From NCBI GenBank assembly GCA_040954595.2, contig CM082598.2:9811097-9875096 (forward strand): DNA of 64,000 nucleotides. The letters run 5' to 3'. Positions 37,921-48,690 of this stretch are shown piece by piece. Both the position numbers and the translations under genes were made by a program. The notes beneath the pieces were generated by a model that saw nothing but the letters and a program-made list of their open reading frames with translations, made no database searches and was not told the DNA's origin. Origin of the DNA: Balanoglossus misakiensis (lineage: Eukaryota; Animalia; Hemichordata). The first letter of the stretch is position 1, and each line of letters begins with the position of its first letter.

Positions 37921-40255
37921 GGTTTACAATTGTCTGCCGCAATCGTGTAAACCAATCGAAAGTGTAATACTTTCTGTCCGTAGCTATGCGGGTATTGCGC
38001 AATGACCGGATGTCACTGACACTTGGGCTATTGTACATGTACTTTCACTGCTCGAAAAAAACAGTTCTTTTCGCTCGGAAAATCCCAAATTCTGCAGCGT
38101 GACTTCAGTTAAGACAGCAAGATTCTTCCGATCTATTGTCTCTAACAGTTCACGGAGGTCTGGAAACAGTGTGCTACTCACTATTTTCAAAGTTCATTGA
38201 TGTCCTCGTCAGGTCAACCGTACGTTCGCCAATGTTTATCTCTTAAGGACAAGTGCGCGGTACTTGCCTTTTGCTGGCGTCAACACAGCGAGAGTTGTTT
38301 GCGTACAATCAAGCTGTTATTTCTGTCAACGTGTCGTCGATCCCGCTTCCGACACCATGTTACGTGTTTCGGTTCCTGTTCTGTGTGATTATATACACTG
38401 ACAGAGGTGTACTGTCTTAAGAACAACACGTTTAATTAACTACGAACAAGGCGGCCATTTTTAGCCTGAGCAAGAGAGCGCTCAAAGTACAACTCAACAC
38501 GCATGCGCAAATATCATTCTGTTAACTGTATGATGAATGTCACGTGACTGCTGTCAACAAATACTGCAGCCTGTATTGTTACAGCTGCCACGTCGGTCTC
38601 CGCACCAGTGGCACGTCCCTGGTTCTCGTTTCAGTCTCATATCACGGTGTTTGGTCCAATTCACCTGTTCCTCGATTCCTCTTGAAGTGTCAACAATTAA
38701 TTTGTTTGCCCTTTTAGCGGCCTCAAGTGCTTTGGCATCAGCAACAACATTGGACATAGATTTATTCGAGCCATCTGCTTTTAAATGCGTTTTGAGTAGC
38801 TCCGTACGGATGGCGCTGTCATGTAGACCGAACACGAATTTATCTCTGCACATCTCATCTGCTAGGCCTTCGAACTCACACAGGCTGCCTGCTTGTCGTA
38901 CTTTTACTTCCCAGTCTTGTACTGAGTCATGAGAATTTTGGCTCGAGTTCCAAAATTTGAATCTATCAGTCATGAGGGAGCTCCCGGCCGAACCGGTATA
39001 ATGGGTGCGGAGCTTTTCCATCCATATCCAGGGTTTGAGTTTATCAGTGGCGGGTATCTGGGGTTCGATTGTGTAGCGTATTACCTGTAGCGTAGGGCTT
39101 CATCGGGCATGGCTGACCTCAGTGCAGCTATCTCGAGTTGGGGCTTCTTATAGTATTCCGACTGTTCATTGTATTGGTCCTTTGTAAGGTCCTGATAGTC
39201 AGCTTGTACGCAGTAGTCATTAAATCGGAGCTCAAAGTTCTTGAAGTTCTCGGATATGTTGCCGAGTAGTTTCAGCTCTGGCCGTTTCAAGTTAGAAGTC
39301 ATGCTGGAATTTGTTGATCGGACGGTGGGGTCTGTTTTCGCTTGTACTCACAGTTGGGGGTTGTCTGTTTGGTTCGGTGAATCCCACTTCTGACACCAAG
39401 TTTCCTGCTCACTGCGGGGTGACACAACTCACGGGACGACCGTAGTGTGATTGTATTGCTTTATTCAACGGGCTACATGTGCATGGGCGGGACGCCATTA
39501 CAATCAGGATTGCACCCTGCTTAACATAACCGGAAGTCACATAGAAGTAGTAACTAGAGGGCGCTAGACTGCCAAAAGTTTCTCCCCCCCCCCCCCCCCC
39601 CCCCCACACACACACACATTAGTACAGACAAGGTAGCAAATTCTTGTGTTATCATCAAGGAAAATGACTGGGAAGCCCTACTTGCTTTATTATATCTAAT
39701 CATTTCTGCATGCATAAATTATAGCACCGACATCTGTCAAGTTTGTGGACTAGGTTACCTCACGTACATCACTGTGCATCCTGCTACAGCATACAAGCGT
39801 ACGCGTACATGTGTACAGGACGCCTGACCCACCACCAACCTTGACAAGGCGCCCCAGGCAGCCTCACCCGTTCTGTTATTTTTCAATGGATTTTTTTTTT
39901 GCACGCGCATTTCACGCAACTGTGACAAAATATTTGTGCGCACACATTGTAGTTTGCGTGAAAATGCAAGAAATAGGCGTGAATGCGAGCCCTGTTACTG
40001 ATAGGTATACATGAACACCTTATTGATGCCCGATTGTGACTGCATGTTGCAATTTGAACACGCTACGTATTAAAACAGTGCCACACCAATTTAATCAGCC
40101 TCCATACAAACAGTACGCAGCTATCGTTGTATGCGTCGTCAAGAGATGACAAACTGATGAAAATGCAAGTAATATAGCTTAATGGTGAGGATTTTAGAAG
40201 ATAGGGAAGTATTTTACTGTGGAAAAAAAATATCATGTGAAATTTGGCAGCTATA

Positions 40256-43200
40256 TACGGTGGACCTCTCATGTCACGCCTAAAATATTATTTTGAAAGT
40301 TAAACTTCCAAAATTATAGACAATATCTTCTCCCAAAAGTAAACTTAAGTTTTGGTGAAGGCAACTATAATTTTGACGCACACAATTTCAATTTCAGTGG
40401 AGTAGACTTTTTAATTTTGACAGTAAAACTTTAAATTTACTTTACACAACTCTTATTTTAGAGAACAAAATTTTAATTTCCGAAAGCCAATTTTACTTTT
40501 CCCGAGAGTAAAATTTTAAGATTTTTTTCCAAAATAAACTTCTAACACTTGAGATAAAATATTTTCTATACTACATAGAATTTTTTTTATTTTCGGAAAG
40601 AAATATTTAATTTTGTAAAACTTTTTTTAAGTAACATTACTTTTCGCGGGTGAAAATTTTATTTTACAGATGTAAATATATTTTTATATAATTTCTAGTT
40701 ACACAACTTATGGGGTCGCTCTTTCTATTGCTACTGACAAACTTTTTCATGGGGGCGCTATTCAGGTTTCGGCGTGCGAATTTCTTTTACATGCATGACA
40801 AAATATATTTTCAGAAAGCAAAATATATTTTTCTTCGCGGCGGAAATGAAGCTATCTCACAATTCCCGTACATGAGAACGTTACAGGAGTACATAAATCC
40901 AACAAACAGATGAGATGGCTATCTATCCACAGTGCAATGTTTACAGATTGTATCTACTACGGCCGGGCAGACAAATCCGGACAATCTCGCCGCCATCGTA
41001 GACCTTTAAATGACGCTGTCGATCAAATCGAATACAAGATGTAGGGGAGTCGGTCCGTGGGAGAAATCGGCCAGGTGCGAACTCGGCTCGTAAAATCATT
41101 GAAATTAAAGTTCTTTAAATTATGTTTCGATTAACCGGCTGCCCCTTCCAATTTCGGGTGTTTCACGTCGAGGACGGACTGAAGCAGCTCCACGCGACCA
41201 CTTTGGAAAACTCCCCGGTGACCTCATATGCGGCAGCGCGTCCATCTACGTGATCGTTGAATTCGAGGCACGGTCCCGAGGGACCATGTCTGAGGTCATG
41301 TTTTCTAGAGCGGCTATAACTCAGCGTGGCCAGTCGGCCGCGGTGGGTTCGATAATCAGCGCGAAAGTCGACCATCATATGGAAATTGTTTGCCGTCAAT
41401 GTCCAAGTAAACAATAGCGTGTAAGGTGAACATGTGTGGGTGGGATCGACCATTTTACCCTAAACGGAACAGCCGGTTAATGGGACTGTTTTGTCTGCGC
41501 CCATGGTGTCCTGATTAAACGGTGGCGACTGTACCACGGTCATTCCACAAACTGCCTAGGGACAGGGACAGAGCAGCACTGTGGTTTACTGTACACGTAA
41601 AATGTGAAGCATACACGAAACATAATTTAAGGGACTTTAATTTAAACGATCCTACGAGCCAAGTTCGCACCTGGCCGATTTCTCCCACGGACCGACTCCC
41701 CTAGATCTTGTATTCGATTTGATCGACAGCGTCATTCAAAGGTCTACGATACGTCGGCGAAATTGTCCGGATTTGTCTGCCCGGCCGTAGTAGATACAAT
41801 CCGTAAACATTGCACTGTGGATAGATAGCCATCTCATCTGTTTGTTGGATTTATGTACTCCTGTAACGTTCTCATGTACGGGAATTGTGGGATAGCTTCA
41901 TTTCCGCCGCGAAGAAAAAAATGTTTTGCTTTCTGAAAATATATTTTGTCATGCATGTAAAAGAAATTCGCACGCCGAAACCTGAATTGCGCCCTCATAA
42001 CAAAAGTTTGTCAGTAGCATTAGAAAGAGCGCCCCCATAAGTTGTGTTACTAGAAAGCATATTAAATTTACCCCTGTAAAATAAAATTTTCACCCGGGAA
42101 AAATGATTTGTTACTTTAGAAAATATTTTTTTTTCTTAAGCAATAAAAACATTTTGTTTTAAAAAGTAAAATAATTCCATCGAGTACAGATAATTTTATC
42201 TCGAGTGTTTAAAGGTTATTAAATGTAAATTAAAATTTAACTCCGTAAAATATTTTCACCTGGGAAAAATAATTTGCAATTTTACAAAATAAACTTTTTC
42301 TTTAAAAAGTAAAACATTTCTTTTTGAAAAAAAAATCCACGTAGTATGAATAAGTTTATCTCAAGTTGTTACTGTTTATTTTGGACAAAATAAATCTTTA
42401 TTATTATACACCTACTGCTGTAACCTATGGAGTTCCGTAATACAATAATTCGCGGTATCACCGTCCAATAATTATTCAAATGAGGACGCGGAGTCCCATA
42501 ACCCACAGGGTTATTGGACGCATATTTGACCTTTGACCTCACAGCTGTCTGATGTAAACAATGATGATATTGCACCCTACTCTCACAAAAAATTATATAA
42601 AAAGTACACAGTCGTTATTAAACAAAATTATTGGTGGCCCAAGATGCGAAATAAGTCAAAATCTTCGATGAAATTTCAGTCGAAGGAATGTGTGAACGAA
42701 CAGGCGAGCGCGTTCATCCCTGCAGCGTAGAACGTCGCGCGCGAGACATGGGCAGCTCGACACTAGCATCACCTGATGCGCGAGGTGAAGGCGCGTTCGA
42801 TATGCAAATTACGTCATGGCGGCGTCTGAAAACTAGAAAGTCCGATAGCGGCCTATTTATTCTTTATCGTTCATCAAGGACGTCCGGAAAAGGTGTATAA
42901 TAATAAGGTTATTCACAAAATACCGGGATTTATGTCCTCGTACATCGTACGCTTCGGTATTGTCCTCGACGCTGCGCGTCTCGGACAATACCTGCGCTGC
43001 ACGATGTACTCGGACATAAATCCCGGTATTTTGTGAATAACCTTATATTACAATATTATTCTTGGAAAAAATAAAATTTACTTTCGAAAAATAAATTTGG
43101 TTCTCTAAAATAAAATTTGTGATAAGTAAAATTAAAGTTTTACTGTCAAAATCAAAAAGTTTTGTCCATCAAAATTAGTTGCCGCCACCAAAATTAAAGT

Positions 43201-43288
43201 TTACTTTTTGGGAAAAGATATTGTCTATCTAAAATTAAAGTTTAACTTTCAAAATAATAAATTGAAATTGTCGTGTAGGGGCCACGAT
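40256..43288. mobile_element. Foldback-like element with about 850-bp inverted arms
   Basis: 40695-41091 is a near-perfect reverse complement of 41652-42055, with AT-rich modular outer arms. Termini TACGGTGG../..GGCCACGAT, with AGCTATA duplicated on both flanks. Confidence 0.75.
42401..43046. mobile_element. Palindrome-ended element inserted in the right foldback arm
   Basis: TTATTATACACC (42401) and GGTGTATAATAA (42892-42903), then a 144-bp palindrome at 42903-43046. Absent from the left arm. Confidence 0.65.
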
Positions 43289-43495
43289 AGCTATAGGGCT
43301 TTAAACAGTTTCCAATGTTTTGGTTTCCTGTTTATTTTCAATTATACAGTTCTCTAAATTATTTTTATATATGCTCAGTTGTGTTTTGGAGTTGAGATAA
43401 ATGTTAATGTAATTCAGTCAAAAAATTCAAAATGTATTAAATGCATGCAATCTTATCACATCATTTCTATCATTTTCTGACATATTTGTGTGTAG

Positions 43496-43702
43496 GCATA
43501 TCCATCACTGAAACCTCTGGCATCCTGGGTTAGTGATTTGGTAGAGAGAATGGATTTCATCCAGCATTGGATTGAGAATGGAATCCCAAGTGTATTCTGG
43601 ATTTCTGGATTCTTCTTCCCACAAGCTTTCTTGACAGGAACACTTCAGAACTATGCAAGAAGCAGTCTCATATCCATTGACACCATCTCATTTGATTTCA
43701 AG
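43496..43702 (+). CDS. DNAH1: DNAH1-like exon
   Basis: gtgtag|GCA...TTCAAG|gtaagt, 207 nt. [15 protein letters not shown]...[22 protein letters not shown]...IDTISFDFK. Confidence 0.97.
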
Positions 43703-44488
43703 GTAAGTGTATGCGCTCCAAATTTCTGTGTGATCCTATAACCATGTAATTTAGAATGTAATGGGATTGATAGGATAGAGCTTACATACTGTAAAACGGG
43801 TTATTTTTGCAAAATACTTGAGAGCCAAAAAAACATGAAAATTAAAAAGTTGCGTAAAATCTTTTTCTGAGATAACGATGCAGTTAGTGAAATACGAGAA
43901 TGCGAAAATGTCCTGTCGCGAAAATAACCCGTTTTACAGTATTTCTTGCATTTTCACATGATAAATACAGTGTGTGCACGCATATATTTTGTCACAGTTG
44001 CATGACATTCACACAAAAAAATTTAAAGATACCAGAATGGGCTAGGCTAAGGTGCCACCAGTACTGTCAATGTTTGCCGGCTCGGCGCCCTGTACATGTA
44101 CAGACTTGTTAGTTGAACAGTAAAACAAGTCAAAACCGAACACTAGGAAACTGAAGAAATTGCTTGGTTTGCAGAGGTGTTCAGTGTATCAGGTTCTTTT
44201 AACATGTGGTTCTATTTCAAAGGGACAGGAAAATGTGTTTGGTATAGACAGGTTTCCTGATTAATCCGGGTTCGGTTTAGAAAGGTTTTACTGTATGCTG
44301 TGGTGTACACATCACTGTTGTATGTGCAGTAACATATCCGACAGAAACTGGACACTATATAATTTATGCAAATATTATTCATGTAAAAATCATTAGACAT
44401 AACAAAGCAATAATAATAATAATAATACCAAAGTGGGAGTAGGATTAATGGTGGTGGTGGTGCTCAATGAGAATAAACACCGTCTTAA

Positions 44489-44834
44489 AGGGACAAAGTC
44501 TCTCTCACGCTGCCCTTTCCCCATTAATTATGTTTGATACAAGACACCGTTTATGTTATTCTACATGTGGATATATAGTGAATCAACGTATGACCACACA
44601 CAACTTCAATCCCACTTTTAGACACAAGAGTGAAAATCTCTCCAAAATGAATAATCGGTGTTTACCATTTATTCATTTTGGCGAGATTTTTACTCTCATA
44701 TCATACGAACGGGATGGAAGTTGTTTGTGGTTAAACACTGTTTCACTATATATTCACATGTAGAATAACATAGACGGTGTCTTGTATCAAACATAATTGA
44801 TGGAAAATGGTAGCGAGAGAGAGACTTTGTCCCT
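44489..44834. mobile_element. Near-palindromic Kolobok-like MITE, copy 3
   Basis: Same TIR and TTAA TSD as 23375-23719. Confidence 0.8.
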
Positions 44835-44892
44835 TTAAACAATTTGGAACCAATAAAACAGTTTTGAGGTATGAACAAGAGAAAAGTATAAA

Positions 44893-46062
44893 TTATATTA
44901 TATCATGCTACCATCCGCCATTCTGATTGGACAACGCTCAATCCAGCGATGCTAAAATTAAGCAATAAAACACCCCCAGCCATGGTATACCACGAGATTT
45001 TGACCAGTTCACGGGCGATAGCGAGTGCGTATATGGAGTTGAACTGGTCAAAATCGAGTGGTATACCATGGCTGGGGGTGTTTTATTGCTATTATATTAT
45101 GCCAGTATATTGAAACTTTGCATAAAACATTTTAAAAAGGCATTTTCTTTTACTATGATATATGACTGTGGTATATGGCTAATATATCACGGTCACGTGT
45201 CGTGTCTCGACCAATCAAATAGCGTGATTTACACCATCAATATACTGGTATAACTCATTATATTATACCAGTATATTGATGGTGTAAATCACGCTATTTG
45301 ATTGGTCGAGACACGACACGTGACCGTGATATATTAGCCATATACCACAGTCATATATCATAGTCAAAGAAAATGCCTTTTTAAAATGTTTTATGCAAAG
45401 TTTCAATATACTGGCATAATATAATAGCAATAAAACACCCCCAGCCATGGTATATCACTCGATTTTGACCAGTTCAACTCCATATAAGCACTCGCTATCG
45501 CTCGTGCGTATATGTCGTGAACTGGTCAAAATCTCGTGGTATACCATGGCTGGGGGTGTTTTATTGCTTAAATATAGCACTGCTAAAACGGGCCCCTGAA
45601 CTAGCATGCGGTAGCGAAAATGTGCGGTTGGACCACAGTTGTGTGGTGTTAAACCAAATAAATAAAATGAAAACACCGGTGAATTTACAGACGTTTCATT
45701 TTGGAACCGCTGTGTAGGAATATTTGTCACTTTGCCATGCGCGACGCCCGTCTGGTCATTTTTTGTCGTCTGCATCATGTTTAATGCTCGATCCCGGACC
45801 GCTCGTGTTTACATTCATCGTCGCCATGTTGGTTCACGATCGTAACTTCTTTTTCTGGCGCCGTTTCGTTAAGAAAATGCCACTGATATGCCTCAAAATC
45901 AATTGTTGATATAATATAATAGCAATAACCCCCGCCGCAGCCGGGTATACGCGAGATTTGGGTACAATTCGAGACATATAGCACGAGCCGTTAGGCGAGT
46001 ACTATATGGAGCGAATTGTACCCAAATTGAGTGTATACCTGACTGAGGCGGGGGTTATTGCT
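44893..46062. mobile_element. Palindrome-ended element containing an inverted dimer (44958-45571) of a related element
   Basis: Host inverted repeat TTATATTATATCA / TGATATAATATAA plus a palindrome at 45921-46062. Inner copies 44958-45253 and 45263-45571 are inverted around a 9-nt spacer. Confidence 0.65.
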
Positions 46063-47136
46063 TAAGTACACGTTTTTATCTGTGTTGTCTTCATCTTTGT
46101 TTTGTTCTACATGGTATGTCTTTGTAGCGACTTTCTTGCCTGTTTCTAACTCATCTATTTTTTTATCATCTTCTTACAACATTTGGTTACCTCGCATGTG
46201 TTGTATTATGGTGTTCTGATCTAACAAACTACTTTCTGTGTGTGTACATGTATACCAGATTACAAGCCAGGTAGGTTTTGGTATTTGGCCCAAATCAGCT
46301 CATCCATCAGTTGTAGTGAATAGCCTACGCTCTTCCTTATATTGCTAAATTACAATTTTATGTATTCTCTCACTTTATTTTAATAGCTTGTCTCTAATAG
46401 ACCATAGCTAGTTTATTGAATATCCACCACAGTAAATGCAGCGGAACTATATATCACAGACTTACATTGTTATCATGTCCATTTATCTTGTTCTACTAAT
46501 CTTACACCCATCACCTACTGTATAGCAGATGTTCTCTAAAATAATATTCACGTACCAAGTGTATCATTCTGTAATTTATATCTAAGTTCTAACCATTGTT
46601 TGTGTTTACTTAATTCGTTGTCCCATCAATGTCAAAGAGGTGTACTTCCCTACATTGTCTCAGTACTTTTCCCATTTTGCTGACTATACATATAGGTTGT
46701 GTTGATAAGCTAGATACTGGACATTCTATCAGGTTTCAGGGATTTGAACAAGAAACTGCAGTAGATAAACAAAATACTGGAAACATAGCGAAAAGATACA
46801 GCTAATTGGTGCCAACGTTTTATTGACTTTGTTCCATCAATTACCAACCTCCACATCTGTCAAAAAAAACAGATACTAGTAAGCAATATGTAAAAGCTCT
46901 ACATCACCATGCTCTAAACTTCAAACCATCTGTGCTATGTTGATCTTAGTAAAAGTATCTGTATAAAAGTTAATCTTGGTTTTAGTATTTCTTTCGAAAA
47001 AATGTCTACACTAATCCAACAAAATTACTGTTAAAAGCGTGTTTTTAATGTGCTGATATTTAAAATTGTATTTATGAAGTTTACATTTTCATTCAATAAA
47101 CACTAGTTAAATTTTTTTTTTTTAATAGTCAGTTAA

Positions 47137-48315
47137 AGTTGAACGTTGGATTCCGTTTTAGAGCCAATTATGCGAAATGCGATGAAAAAGTACTATAAAA
47201 ACGTTGGTTTCATTCACTGTAACAGAACCACAGCCAGCCAAAAACTGCGCGAAACCGGAAGTGTCGTCAGCAACTTGTGGTACCGTCGTCCGCTGCCGAC
47301 GCGTAGGAGCGAGCTTATGCTTATACATGCCTGTACTCACGCGACCGACGACGTTAGCATGGCAACATATTCTCGGGTAGTAGGTTACAATTTTGAACCA
47401 GAGATTCCCTTCTATGACCAAGCGACTGAATTTTTCAGAGGACAAAAGTGACTCCAGTGCAGAAAGTGATAGTTCATGCAGTTCCGACGATGCTGATTCT
47501 CCCCACTGTGATTTTCCACATCTGATCTCCGATGTGTCCCGTTGTCAAGGCTTTACACTTGGTGTGGTTTCAGTGAAACAGATCTGCTGTGATGAGACAA
47601 TGCTGTAAACAATACAGCGTTGGTTCTCCCTCGTTGTCACCTTTTCGAACCACTTTTCTTACAAAAACACCTTTTATGGATTTGAAAAGAACGCAGATGC
47701 ACCATCCTTCACCAGGTGTAGTACGTCCAAAGACATAGTATAATGGAAGCCAATACCATAGTTATCCTATGCACGTTACGTCTCATGAAATGAATTAAAA
47801 CTGCCCTTATTAGTTTCTTTCATTTGATCACCATGCGATCGTCAATAAATGGAAATTAAACCAAATAAGTGTACCAAAAACGTGCGGGAAGGATTTAAAA
47901 CGTTACGTTTATTATCAGCGGCAGTTAGAACGACTTTGTATTGGCCTTACGGTTTGTTCATAAACATTGGCATTGTGGACATTGCCATGTCAGTTCAGCG
48001 CAAAATTTGTCTGTTTATTGGAAATGACACGCCGAACGTGTAAGAGCGCTGCGCGTCGACTGCAACGCAAGTTGCTGACGTCACTTCCTGTAGTATTTTC
48101 AACTCGCGTCTTCTGTTTGCACAGGAAGTGAAAGTGAATTAACCCATCGGAACGTTGCCATTTTTGACATCCGGTTTGTACTTTGAAGCCTAAATTTGTG
48201 GGTGTCGTTCCACTTTTAACATTGAAATTACTCTGCTGGTGACGTATCACTGAAAAGTATTCACATGACTTTGAAAATAAATATAATTTTAATCTGGTCC
48301 GGGAATATCCTCCCT
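47137..48315. mobile_element. Decayed CpG-rich element, possibly Kolobok-derived
   Basis: Starts after TTAA and contains a frameshifted YNFEP...SDSS...CQ...CCDE peptide. Termini not clearly symmetric. Confidence 0.3.
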
Positions 48316-48386
48316 AAATCCATGAAGACTTGTTTAACAATTGTCCATGTTCAATTTTAGCACCACCAGTAAAGACACTGCATTAA

Positions 48387-48690
48387 GCCTCTATAGCTGC
48401 CACTTTTTGCATTATTTTCATGATTTTATTTTCCAACTTAAATTGGTCCATCTAAATAAGCTTACTGATGTTGCAATTTGAACACGCTATGTATTAAACA
48501 GGTGCCGCACAGATTTAATCAGCCTCCATACAAACATTTCGCGGCTATCATGGTATGCGTCATCAAGAGATGACAAACTGATGCAAATGCAAGCAATTTG
48601 GCTTAAATGGTGAAGATTTTAGAGGATGTGGAATATATTTGAAGTATTTTATTGTGGAAAAATATGTGAAATTTGGCAGCCATAGTGGCT
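48387..48690. mobile_element. Kolobok-like MITE
   Basis: TTAA|GCCTCTATAGCTGCCA ... TGGCAGCCATAGTGGCT|TTAA. Confidence 0.65.

Larger units (their letters stand above)
32881..38583 (-). mobile_element. Gypsy/Ty3 LTR retrotransposon B (Mag-like), recent, nested in gag of A
   Basis: 226-bp TG..CA LTRs at 38358-38583 and 32881-33106 differing at 2 positions. 5-bp TSD GCTGC, PBS TGGTGTCGGAAGCGGGATC, polypurine tract AAAGGAGAAAGGA. Confidence 0.95.
27590..39577 (-). mobile_element. Gypsy/Ty3 LTR retrotransposon A (Mag-like), decayed
   Basis: LTRs of about 179 bp at 39399-39577 and 27590-27768 (about 10 differences), GTTT flanks. Primer-binding site (PBS) TGGTGTCAGAAGTGGGATTC at 39379-39398 is complementary to the tRNA-Leu(CAA) 3' end. 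Polypurine tract at 27769-27781. Domain order gag (CCHC x2), protease (DTAA), RT (VADD), RNase H (DAS), integrase (HTDNGPQF), with stops and frameshifts. Confidence 0.93.
27333..39994. mobile_element. hAT-like non-autonomous element with 5-bp TSD (hAT5-like)
   Basis: TTACT|CAGGGCTTG ... CGAGCCCTG|TTACT. Empty site AAGCTTACTGAT at about 48458-48469. The left end recurs at 60169. Confidence 0.7.
27252..43300. mobile_element. Kolobok-like host element of the nest (shorter uninterrupted relative at 48387-48690)
   Basis: 27252-27332 matches the left part, and 40046-40255 plus 43296-43300 the right part, of the copy at 48387-48690. Ends GGGCT|TTAA. Left end is degenerate. Confidence 0.6.

Noticed and set aside
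39379-39398. Match to the tRNA-Leu 3' end including CCA
   Set aside because: It is the primer-binding site of Gypsy A, not an RNA gene.
39584-39620. Poly-C/poly-G runs here and at about 1133, 7440, 9725, 13250, 15541 and 19502 as G-quadruplex elements
   Set aside because: They are simple homopolymers, mostly inside repeats, with no evidence of function.
45068-45448. Two nearly identical 61-aa ORFs on opposite strands
   Set aside because: They result from the inverted dimer and show no protein-family features.
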